This document shows, in pieces, positions 36,563 to 46,995 of a stretch of 64,000 nucleotides of DNA (the stretch's first letter is position 1; each line of letters starts with the position of its first letter). Source of the stretch: Marsupella aquatica (lineage: Eukaryota; Plantae; Marchantiophyta); assembly GCA_973895155.1 (NCBI GenBank), contig OZ316897.1:16784058-16848057 (forward strand), written 5' to 3'. The notes under the pieces were generated by a model. It was given only the letters and a program-made list of their open reading frames with translations. It did not search any database and was not told where the DNA came from. The position numbers and the translations under genes are program-made.

Positions 36563-37411
36563 ATGGCCTCTAGGAAACGTACAAAGGTTGACCACCCGCC
36601 TCTGTTGGCTGGAATCAAAGCCATTTTGATTCCTGGCCACTATGGGTTCACCCAAGTGAGTTGGCCAATCGTACAAAAACGATTCTCAGAGTTCCATGGG
36701 ACTGAAGTCAAGGACATCACTCCACAGACTACACATGTTGTTGCGGGGACATGGCTGGATGTGATGAACAACTGGTCATGGTCCTTCATTGATTCTGCCA
36801 TTACCAACCAAGGTCTAAAAGTAGTTGAAGTCTCTTGGCTGACCGATTCTATTAAACATAGGTGTGTACAGAGTACTGAGCAATATGAGTTGTGGGAGAG
36901 TGAGGAGGCCACTGCAGAGGCTTTGGCTGAAAAGGAAGCCTATGAAGCAGCGGCAGAGAAACCCAACTTTGCTTCTGTCCAATATGGACCTGTTGTCAAC
37001 ATAGGACACCATCCTATGCGTGCAGATGCTATATTGAATGAGCATGGCAAGGAGAGAAATACCATTATGAAGGGGTTCAGTGTGGTATTTGCAGAAGAAG
37101 GAATTGGGGAGACTAAGTGCAGATTGTACAAGTCTATAGTTGTTGAGCTAGGTGGGACAGTGGAGGAGAGTCTAACAGAAACCTCCACTCATGTTGTAGG
37201 TCTGTCATACATGAAAATATGCAGAAAATTCTTTAAGACAACAGTGCGTGATTTTGTCATGAACAACAATCTTTGGGTGCTTTCCCCTGATTGGCTTCTG
37301 GAATCAGTAGCTAGAGGGAAGCGACAGAATGCTTGGGACTTTGATATTTTTGAGGCCTGGCCCTCCAAGATTCAGCGGAGATGTATGCTTAGCAAAGGTG
37401 GGAGAGAGTGA
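36563..37411 (+). CDS. Cargo gene encoding two BRCT domains (282 aa) with an N-terminal basic NLS-like motif
   Basis: BRCT1: LLAGIKAILIPG...ITPQTTHVVA...VVEVSWLTDSI. BRCT2: MKGFSVVF...LGGTVEESLTETSTHVVG...VLSPDWLLESV. Both have the THxV and WLxxS hallmarks; MASRKRTK start. Confidence 0.85.
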   Translation: MASRKRTKVDHPPLLAGIKAILIPGHYGFTQVSWPIVQKRFSEFHGTEVKDITPQTTHVVAGTWLDVMNNWSWSFIDSAITNQGLKVVEVSWLTDSIKHRCVQSTEQYELWESEEATAEALAEKEAYEAAAEKPNFASVQYGPVVNIGHHPMRADAILNEHGKERNTIMKGFSVVFAEEGIGETKCRLYKSIVVELGGTVEESLTETSTHVVGLSYMKICRKFFKTTVRDFVMNNNLWVLSPDWLLESVARGKRQNAWDFDIFEAWPSKIQRRCMLSKGGRE

Positions 37412-37587
37412 GGAGTAGGAGTCCCTCATATTTTTGTATAAATCACAATTTTGTAATAAATGTGATCCTTGAACTAACTCATCTTGTCATGGTTGGTCGC
37501 AGTTGAAGTGATTGTTGTTTCCTGCTGCGTGGGGTGTGACTGTGAATCTACTTGCTGGGCTCTGTTTGGCTGAAGACTTTGGTGGGT

Positions 37588-38121
37588 ATGCTGCCTCTTC
37601 CAGACCGTCAGGCCCTATGTAGGGTCCTCCTACGGGTTGCATCGTGCATGGCTACTGCTTGGGCTTACTTGTGTGGATTGGTAACCAGACAGAGTGTAGC
37701 TCCATCCGAGATAATGCCTGCAGACCTTGGATGTGTTGTGAATGCTGTGGTGAATGAGGATGCACAGTCGGAAGAGGACATTTACTTTTCAGCAGATGAG
37801 TTAGACAAGCACGATGCTGTAGGTGGTTCCTTGTTGCCTGATTTGGCAGATGATATAGTTCTTACACATGTCTGGCCGAGGGTTCTTGTGGTGTCTGGCG
37901 CACAAGATATCTGCAAATATAGACTAATTAGTACCCAGTGGAGGGACTTGGTAGCAACATGTGCACCATGGAGGGCACTGCTGCCACTGCTTGTAGGCAC
38001 GGATCGAAGACCACCATGGCATGAGCAGGGTTTAGACCTTGATGACTTAATGTACATGCCTGAGTACCTCAGGGCTGAGTGGCATCGACAACAGGATTGG
38101 TATCCGTATTTGATGTGGTAG
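37588..38121 (+). CDS. Cargo gene encoding a small F-box protein with no recognisable substrate-binding domain (start codon uncertain)
   Basis: LLPDLADDIVLTHVWPRV-x8-ICKYRLISTQWRDLV fits the F-box consensus LPxLPDDIxxxIxxRL...xxxRLVSxxWRxLV. Confidence 0.7.
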   Translation: MLPLPDRQALCRVLLRVASCMATAWAYLCGLVTRQSVAPSEIMPADLGCVVNAVVNEDAQSEEDIYFSADELDKHDAVGGSLLPDLADDIVLTHVWPRVLVVSGAQDICKYRLISTQWRDLVATCAPWRALLPLLVGTDRRPPWHEQGLDLDDLMYMPEYLRAEWHRQQDWYPYLMW

Positions 38122-38447
38122 TAAGATGAGGACATCTCACACCGGTCTCGCACCTGGCACCTGTGTCTATGACTATACATGATTGGACTCTGATATGGTC
38201 ATGGATGTACGTGCAGAGGCAGTACATGTGAGGACAGCGGAGGAGTTGACACCCTCAAACATTTAGGAATTTTGTCTCATTCACTTGAGAATAGGTACAT
38301 GACTCAGGCGCCTATATTTTTTGTTTTTTTGTTTTTTTGGAACGTTACGTATTTTGGCAAGTACAGTCGGGGGTGAAATCCTTAACAGGAAGTGTATTTT
38401 TCACTTGCATAATAAAATGACAGGGTGCTGAGTGCGTGTGTATAGTG

Positions 38448-41400
38448 ATGGCTCCAAGGTTGCCTCTTCACAACCCATTTAGGATTAGGCATCATGATTC
38501 TAAATTGTGGATGCGTGAACAAGCCCGGGCCGCCCAAGGTAGGAGTAGGAGGATGAGATGCCCATGCACACAGTGCCAAGGATTCAAGTCGTTGAGTTTG
38601 AACACTGTGCACCTTCACCTGCTGCGGCATGAAAGGCACCCTCGGTGGAGGGTTTGGAATGTACCAGCAGAAGAAGACTCCTCTGATGAAGAGTGGAGAG
38701 CTGACTTTGTGGATTCTAATACAGCTAGGCGTAGAGACTATGTAGAGCAGGACATAGACTGTGCAGAGGATGGTCCTGGGGTCCAACATGAGAACATGGA
38801 TGACCAAGATGGAGATGGAGAGGCAGTCACTGAGGACGATGGGATGGATGTCCCAAGAATGGTTCAAGAGATTTTTGAAGACCTTGATGCTTTTTACGAC
38901 ACAGTGGAATCAGAAGAGGACAATGAACCGCAGCCACACATTGGCGACGGCCAAGCTGAACCTGACTTTGACATTGGGGAAGGTGCAGCAGAGAGGGAGT
39001 GGGTGTTTGGGGGCCCAAAACACATCAAAGAAGCTTGCATTCCTATCTACGAGGGGTCGAACTCCCTGGGCCCCCAGCATTATTAATAATGGGCTGGACG
39101 TGCGAACGGATGAAGGGTGCAAAAAATCTGATTTGAGATTAATTTTTATAATTGGCTTAGAAATATCAAGGGATGGTTTTATTCAAAGAACCCTTTCTAA
39201 CTAATATAGGCTTATATAAATGTCACCCAAGTTAATATGCTTCAAGAGGTGATGTAATATGGATGTGACACGCGTCACAATAGGATTGGTCCTTGTGGTC
39301 ACCCTTTATTGGAACATGTGTATATGACATATAATTATGCTTGCAACATCTATGATTCAGAGTAGTTTAGGACTTTGGAGCTTTTGAACCCTGACTACCC
39401 TGCCATGTGGTTCAAAAATGCCCCAAAGTTGAAGTTTGGGGTTAAAGGGTCACGAACACAAAAATGTATGTACCCAAAACCCTTCCAAAACACTCCCATC
39501 AGTTTTAGAACCGTTTGCACATGATGAATTTATAACTTTTCAAGGCTTTCATAAATGGTGTAAAATGTGAAATTATAATATCTCAAAGGGGCAGATTTAT
39601 TCTCCAAAATTAAGTTTTTAAGAATAACAAGAGAAATTTTTATAGGCTTCCAAAAATAACAAGGGGTACTAGGGAGGGGGGTGTACGCACGTATACCTCT
39701 TTAGTTTACAAAGGCTGGGGGCCCAGGGGTCGAACTGCTCCAAGCTAGGTTTTGTCGTGTTGTTGTTGAACATCTGTGGCAATCACAATGTTCCCAATAT
39801 ATTTGTGATAGAGTTGTTGACCTTCCTGTGCCGAAATGTGTTACCAGATGGTAATTCAATTCCAAAAAATATGTACGAGGCTAGGAAATTGATGTCTAAC
39901 CTTGGGCTGAACTATGTGTCTATTGACGCATGCCCTGATGGGTGTGTTCTCTTTCGCAAAGAGCATGCAGATAAATTGACATGCCCTCATTGTGGTAAGC
40001 ATAGGTACAAGAATGTAGGGAAATGTACACACCCTGCCAAGGTTCTTCGTCATTTTCCTCTCATTCCTAGACTACAACGTCTGTTTAGATGCCCTGCCAT
40101 TTCCAAGCTGATGACATGGACTCCTGATAACAAGAGCAGTGATGGCCTACAGCGTCACATTGGAGATTCCAACCATTGGAAATTTGTTGATGAGAGGTGG
40201 CCACAGTTTGCTGCAGAGAAGCGGAACTTTAGATTTGGTCTATCACTGGATGGAGTAAACCCATTTGGAGACAAAAACAACCGTTATTCATGTTGGCCGG
40301 TTACGCTGCTAAATTACAACCTTCCCCCATGGATGACTACAAAGAGGTTTTTTGTCATGATGGTGCTGTTAATCCCTGGACCAGCTTCTGTGACCGAGCA
40401 ATTCATAGATATCATGTTGGCTCCAGCAGTGGAAGAGTGGAAGACTTTGTGGATAGAAGGGGTGTTAACCCATGATGTTCTGAAGGGGCTTCTTCGACCC
40501 AGCCCCTTTAGACTGCATGCAATTTGTTTGCTGGATATAGCAGATTACCCAGGCCATGGCATCATATCTGGACGAGTGACAAAGGGCTATGTGGGGTGCA
40601 CACCATGTGGGAAAAATGTGACAAGTGAGTGGTCGCATGCCCTGCACAGTATGAAATTTCAGGGGCATAGAAGGTATCTGCCTGTTGATCATCCTTATAG
40701 GCACACACGGTCTCAAATTGCACACTTCAACAACAAAACAGAGCTTCGTGGCCCACCACAGAGGGTCACCAGAGAGCAAGTCCTGAGGTGGGCAGCCAGG
40801 AAGGCTGATTGGGACAAGAGAAGTGCCACTGATCGAGAACCTGAGGATCCAGTGGTGAAACACGGTGTGAAAAGACAGACCTTGATGGACTTGGAGTTGG
40901 AGTACTGGAGGGTAATGTACTTAGCCTCCAGCCCCTGTATGATTGCAATTTTAGATTGGAGCAATGGTGGATTGATGTTGGTTACAATCCTCCTATGTGG
41001 TTAATTAGTGTTTCTGTTGTTGAATTCTTTGCTTTGTGGAGTGCAGGAATTCGAGCCCAACAAACACAATGTGGACGTCATGCACATTGAGAAAAATATT
41101 TGTGAGAGCTTGCTGAAGTTCTTGTCGGGTGAGAAAGATACAGGAGCAGTTCGAGCTGATATGCAACAGAAGGGGATTCGCCCTCACCTTTGGTTGAAGC
41201 CCCATGCAAGCAATCCCAATGTACTTCTCAAGTTCCAAGCTCCCTATGTGTGCACACACGATGAATGGAAGACATTCTTGTATAGATTGAGCTGTCTGAA
41301 AGTGCCCTCTGGCTATGCTGGTGCCTTCAAGAAGCATATTACAAAGAATAAACTTGGCAGTATGAAAACACATGACTACCATGTGTTGATGCAGCACATT

Positions 41401-42822
41401 CTGCCCCTATGCCTCAGAGGTCTCATGCAGAAACCAGTCCGTAATGTCATTCTTTGACTGTGCAATGTATTTCGCCGTATATGTGTGAAAGTGTGGGATC
41501 CCCAAGGATTGGAGCAGTTGAAGCAGGATGCTGCTTATGTCCTCTGTGACTTGGAGATATACTTCCCCCCTGCTTTCTTTGATGTTATGACTCATCTCCT
41601 AATCCATGTGGTAGAAGAGCTAGGGGCAGTATGGGCCAGTCAGTACCAGATGGATGTACCCTATGGAGCGATACATGAAGTTGTTGAAAGGTCATGTGAG
41701 AACATACTACAGGCCAGAGGCTTCCATGGCATTGGGGTACATTAAGGATGAGACGTTGGGATTCCTAACAGAGTACATGGCTGGGTCTGGTGAAGCTATG
41801 ACAAGAGTTTGGAAATCTGGTGAAGATGATGGAGTGAGTGGCGAGGTTGTTGAAGGTGTGGGACGTGCTGTTCAGCTGCCTATTGCGATTCGAGACAAGG
41901 CTCATTCATATGTGCTGGCAAACACAGAGCCTATGCAACCATGGTGGAGGTGAGTGATTCAATTGACTTGCCTTTGTTGTGATGCTTCTTGTCTGTTCCA
42001 AGGGTGATCTTAGGTTGTCATGTGTTGTTTAGACCTAACTATGCCTGTACCTCATATTGCAGGGAATATGATATGCAAAAAGCTGCACACTTTGGGCAGC
42101 AGGATCCCTTCCCACAGTTCGAGCAGTGGATTCGGGTGACAATTCGAGAGCATAGTAGACATCACCCAGATATGGAGAAGGATTTGTATCTTCTATCTGT
42201 GCCACCACGATTGTCTATTCTGACCTACAAACGGATGAGAGCTTATGGAAATCATTATCGAGTGAGGGATGAGCAGGGTGACCATTGTGTATCTTATGAT
42301 TGTGGTTTGATTTCTGTGTTTGAGCAGAGAACCTCTGAAGAACAGAGGGGGTGGATGAAGATGGCTTATGTGGGGGAGTTGACCAACATTTGGGTGTTGA
42401 ATTATGGTAACACAAGTGTCCCAGTGATATTGATGAAGGGATCATGGGTGAAATCAGAGTGGCAGAGACCAAGGGCCACCATGAAGCGTGATCATGATGG
42501 GTTCTTGTTGGCCAATTTTAGGTCCAGAGTACCAGAATGGTCTGAGCCTTTTGTTTTCCCTAGCCAAGTTGAACAGGCTTTCTTTGCAGATGTGGAGGAG
42601 TCACATGGCTGGAGGGTGGTATGCCATAGCCAAGCACGGAACAGGCGGATGGATGGAAGTAAAGTAGAGTTCAGTTTGGATGACCATGCTGCATTCGAGC
42701 ATCCTAGTCATGAGACTGTACTTCCAACTCGGGCAGGGACTGACTACATCCCCTTAACATTGAGAGAGACATATGATGAACCTGGGCATATGGAATATGA
42801 TGAGGTTGATGATTTGCACTAG
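38448..42822 (+). pseudogene. tnpD: CACTA-2 transposase TnpD/TNP2, inactivated
   Basis: Motifs MRCPCTQC, EKRNFRFGLSLDGVNPF, NYNLPPW, ADYPGHG, DVMHIEKN, MKTHDYH, FFDVMTHLLIH, MYPMER, EPFVFPSQVEQAFF. Disrupted by the 39064-39728 insertion, a TGA at 41455-41457 and a frameshift near 41625. Confidence 0.92.
39064..39728. mobile_element. 665-bp non-autonomous TIR element (MITE-like) with 8-bp TSD
   Basis: Perfect 15-bp TIR CCCTGGGCCCCCAGC / GCTGGGGGCCCAGGG; TSD GTCGAACT at 39056-39063 and 39729-39736. Removing it restores the TnpD frame (IYEGSNCSKLGFVVLLLNIC). Confidence 0.93.
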
Positions 42823-42999
42823 GCAACAGCTCGCGATTGGCAAGTATGAGGTTGAGGATGACTACCTGCACAGAGTCACAGAACGGGAATTGCTGCCTGG
42901 AATGATGTTTAGGATAGTTGGATATGCATGAAATTGATTGATACTTTGAATTTAGTGTGCTGATTCTCCCTGTTTGGTTGTGGGTGCTGTGCAGAAGCT

Positions 43000-45900
43000 A
43001 TGGGGGAAGAGGGTGATGACATGGAGACAGACATGGGACTTGGAGAGTGGGGTGAAGAGGAAAGATTGGATATGGATGGAGACCCAGATGCAGGGGGCTC
43101 ACAGAAAAATGCACCTGTGCAAGATGCACAGGGCCCTCATCAAGTCCCAGGTAGGTGGGCAGCTAGAGAGAAATCACATAATCCATACCCTAGAAGGAGC
43201 CAGAGTTATTGGCAAGGGACGCCTGATAATTATGATGATGACTATGATGGAGCAGAAGATGGATGGGATGAATATGAACACCCAGAGCATGGTAGAGACG
43301 GGTACAAAGGGCAATGGAAAGGTGAGGAGGATGATTGGACAAGTAAGTGCCTTGTGCTAGTGATTTTGTGATGGTAGTAGAGATTTAGCTCAATATGCAC
43401 TTATCTGATGTGTAGCTAGGGCAAAGAGTTTATCTTACAGGTCCATGAGTGTGGCATGTACCTGTTGGTATGCAGACTCTGATTGGGACAATCACAAAAA
43501 CAACAAAGGCCATCCACGTTCAGATAGGAGGCAATCATTCACAGGCGGGAGAAACGCCCCTAATTCATCAAGACAAAGCAATAGGACAGGTGGTCCAGAA
43601 CCATCTATGCGCCAAGGGAGAGGTAACTTGGTCATTGCAGAATTGCTCTGAAGTCCACTGTATATTTGGCAGCGGGATTTATGATTCATACTTACCTAAT
43701 GTAAGTGACTGTAAATGGATCCTGTAAATGTGTAGGGACTCCAGGGAGGTTTGGACAATGCAATCCAGGCCGTGGGGGGAGATCAGGCCGTGGAGGGACC
43801 CCAGGCCGTGGGGGGACACCAGGCCGTGGAGGGACACCTAGTAGCGCTTCAGGGAGTACCAAGGCAGGAGACAGTAACAAATTTGGTAAAGTAGAAGTGA
43901 ATTCCGAAGGTTGGATAACTCCCACATGTGATGGTAAGAACCGTTGGCATTCTGACCTAAGAGGAGAACTATTGCGTTGGTTAGATTTGAGCATTACAGA
44001 GTTTAGGAGTCAGAACAAAGCTGATTGGGCTGCTATCTGCAAGGACATTCTTGAACGGTGGGAGTATGTTGGTAATGATGGTAAGGGCCCAGTTGAAGAT
44101 TGCATATCAGATTATGCAATGAGGATTTTGAAACAAGAGAGGCATAGGTTGAAAAGGATGTGGATAGACAATGGTTCTAACAGGAGAATGCCACCACCCC
44201 CATCATTGGAACTGGATCAATGGACACGGTTAATCAAAGGGTTCATGTCGGAGGCTGGACAGAGCAAGAGTGAACTGATGTCAAATGCTCAAAACAAAGT
44301 GAAACACCTTTCACAGGCTGGGAGAGGAAGTTATGCTCCAGTGAAAGAACAATTGGTAAGGCAGTGACATGCCTGATAGTAAGCCTCAAACTTATCATCT
44401 TGCTACCATTATTACATTTTCATTGACAATCAACACTTGGTTTCATTCATATGTATGTTGATGTGGACTGCAGAAGAAATTGACAGGTGAAGAACCATCA
44501 GCACAAGAAGTGAGAGAGGAGTTCATGAAACAAAGGAGTGAGGTGACAAGTGTAACTTCCAAACAGGTGATTATGTTGTAATTCTGTATGTTCTGTGACT
44601 ATTTGGCCTTGAGCATCAGAAAGAAATGTAGTAGGAAGTAAGCAACCAGTTCTTGGGGACAGTTATCTGAGATATGTAAGCTGTGTTATGACAGGGAACT
44701 GTTACAACTCTCACAGAGATGTGTGAACGGTTGAAGTCATTAGAGTGTGGACTCCCTCGAGTGGAAAGTAAATTGGCTGATCGTTTGGATATTGTGGAGG
44801 CATCTGTAGCGAACCTTCTTGCATCAGTGGAATCTAATTTCAAGCTTGTGATTGAAAAATTGGGTGGTTCCCAACCAAACAATGAGGGCAACATTGTACA
44901 AAGTGTGCCCTTGTTAACAAAAAAGGGAATTGGCAAATCTGACACAGGTATGGAAATGACACCGGCCCATTGTTCATTGTGTCCTATGTTCAAATGTCAG
45001 AAGTAAGTTTTCATGAATTGAGTGAATGGTTTGAATGCAGGAAGAGTGGAGGCAGAGAAGGACCCTGTAATCAGTAAGCAGAAGGGCAAGAAGGTTGCTG
45101 AGACAGGTAACCTGCTATGATCCAGTACATTACATTTGAAAAGTGCATGAAGTTTTGTGAAGCTTAAGCCGGTTGGAGGTAATCTTTTCTGTAAGAACTG
45201 GTTGGATGAACTGGGATCTGAAGTGACATCATGATTGATGTATTAGGTGATTCAAAGAGCAATAATGAAGAAGATGTGCCCAATGCCTCAGTGACCATAG
45301 CCAAGGAGGTATCAGGTAAGCTGATGCTTTAAATTCCTCTATATGAATGTTGAGCAACAATTCAGTGGTTAATAGATTCAACCTGAATATTGTGGTGTGT
45401 TTATTGATCAACAGAAGCAGACATGGAGCATATGGCAATGGCAAAGAAGGAGAAGAAGGCTGTTCATAATGGTAAGGAGATAGTGACAACTTTGTGGTTG
45501 GTGACATGTACATTTAGCACATGTGATGAGTGATTGACTTATGTTGGACATGACACTGAATTGTAGTTGATGCAGAGTTGACAGACTCTCAACCAAGTGG
45601 GAGTAGGGTGAAGCGACGTCGAAACTTGGGAGCAACATTGGATGCAAGTAAGATTGTAGATGCTTCAATTGAAGCAAGTACAATGTTGGCAGATACTGAG
45701 ATGATGTCGCAGGGAAATCCTGCTACACAATCAGAAGTGTCAAATATGGATGCAGATTCTTTGAAGAAGAGTGTAGCCAATTCTCGATCACCAGCACAAA
45801 ACACTCGTGCCAAAGTCATAACTCGCAACCAAGGTATGAATAATGTCATGTATAAGCCACCCAGGAAAGCCAAGAAAAACAGCCAAGGTAAGGTGGAGGT

Positions 45901-46171
45901 GATAGCCACAGCAGAGCCAGTCCATAATCTTCTATCATGGGAGGATGACTCGCAGGTATGTGTGGGTACAGGCATTTTGCGACCGGATCATGCAAAATTC
46001 CATGGCAAAGTGGTCCCGGATGACCATGTAGTAGTGTTGTTGACTACAGTGATTGTATCTGATTGTAATTTGCCATTTCCGAATAGAGACGATGATCCAC
46101 CTCAGGAAATAATTGCAGATGCAGTAGGATCTCTTGTGCTCTGGCCATCAGAGTGTGTTAGTCTGCAGTGA
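43000..46171 (+). CDS. tnpA: CACTA-2 TnpA/TNP1-like multi-exon gene (exon structure approximate, intactness not verified)
   Basis: Exon ILKQERHRLKRMW...PPPSLELDQWTRLIKGF is homologous to CACTA-1 TnpA. Last exon has VGTG...KFHGKVVP...LPFP...DAVGSLVLWP (TNP1/En/Spm-like C-terminal domain). Confidence 0.75.
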
Positions 46172-46962
46172 CTGAATGCAAGTGTAGATAGCATCATGTG
46201 AATTGTGTCACATTTTGACATTGCCTTGGAAAGATCCAAGAAATATCTGTACCAATTTTTCCATTTGGCAAAGAGGATGAAGGAGACGTTGTGTGTGACA
46301 TTGATATTTCTGAATTCTGTATGTATGAAACAAGTGATTGATGTCAAACTATGGCTCTATGGTGATTGTCTATGATACTTGAATCTATTTTATCATTTCA
46401 GTATTAGTGTGTATGGTATAGAGGAATACTTTGTGACCTTCTTTGTAGTCTGTTTGAATCTGTGAATTCATATTAGTGTACATGGTATAGAAGATGGCTT
46501 TCTGAAACTATGTATTCTAATGTTAACATGATGAATGGTGAACTTATAGAGTGAGTTCATTCCAAGTACACAATAAAACATGAATGCAATATGTTATTTG
46601 TGCACAAGAGTGGGTTCATTCCAAGTAGTATAGTGGGGTCTTCATCACTCATATCCAGTTGACATGAAAGACTTATACATACCCCACAAAGTATATTTAA
46701 AGACTACCCTCCATAACCTTTTTAGTCGTTCCCAACGACTCATCATCGCAGCCCATAAAAGACTGAAAACGACTCACCAAAGCTACCCACACAAAGACTA
46801 AAATAGACTGAAAATCCAGTCTATTAAACGACTTATAAACCAGTTCTATAAAGGACTCAGTTGATTATAGTAACAAAACATACGACTCGTAGTCCTATAA
46901 AGGACTAGAGTCCTTCCCAGTCATTTCCAAGTCCTATACGGTACTGAATAGTCGTTTAATGG

Positions 46963-46992
46963 GGTCTAAATACCCCCCGGTTTCTACAAGTG
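46963..46992 (-). repeat. CACTA-2 right TIR
   Basis: GGTCTAAATACCCCCCGGTTTCTACAAGTG followed by TSD TAC. Confidence 0.9.
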
Positions 46993-46995
46993 TAC

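Larger units (their letters stand above)
29213..46992 (+). mobile_element. Complete CACTA (En/Spm) transposon 'CACTA-2', 17,780 bp, with cargo gene array
   Basis: Left TIR CACTAGTAGAAACCGGGG; right TIR CCCCGGTTTCTACAAGTG (1 mismatch in 18 bp, imperfect match extends to ~29 bp). 3-bp TSD TAC at 29210-29212 and 46993-46995. GACT/AGTC subterminal motifs at both ends; TnpD and TnpA present. Confidence 0.95.
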
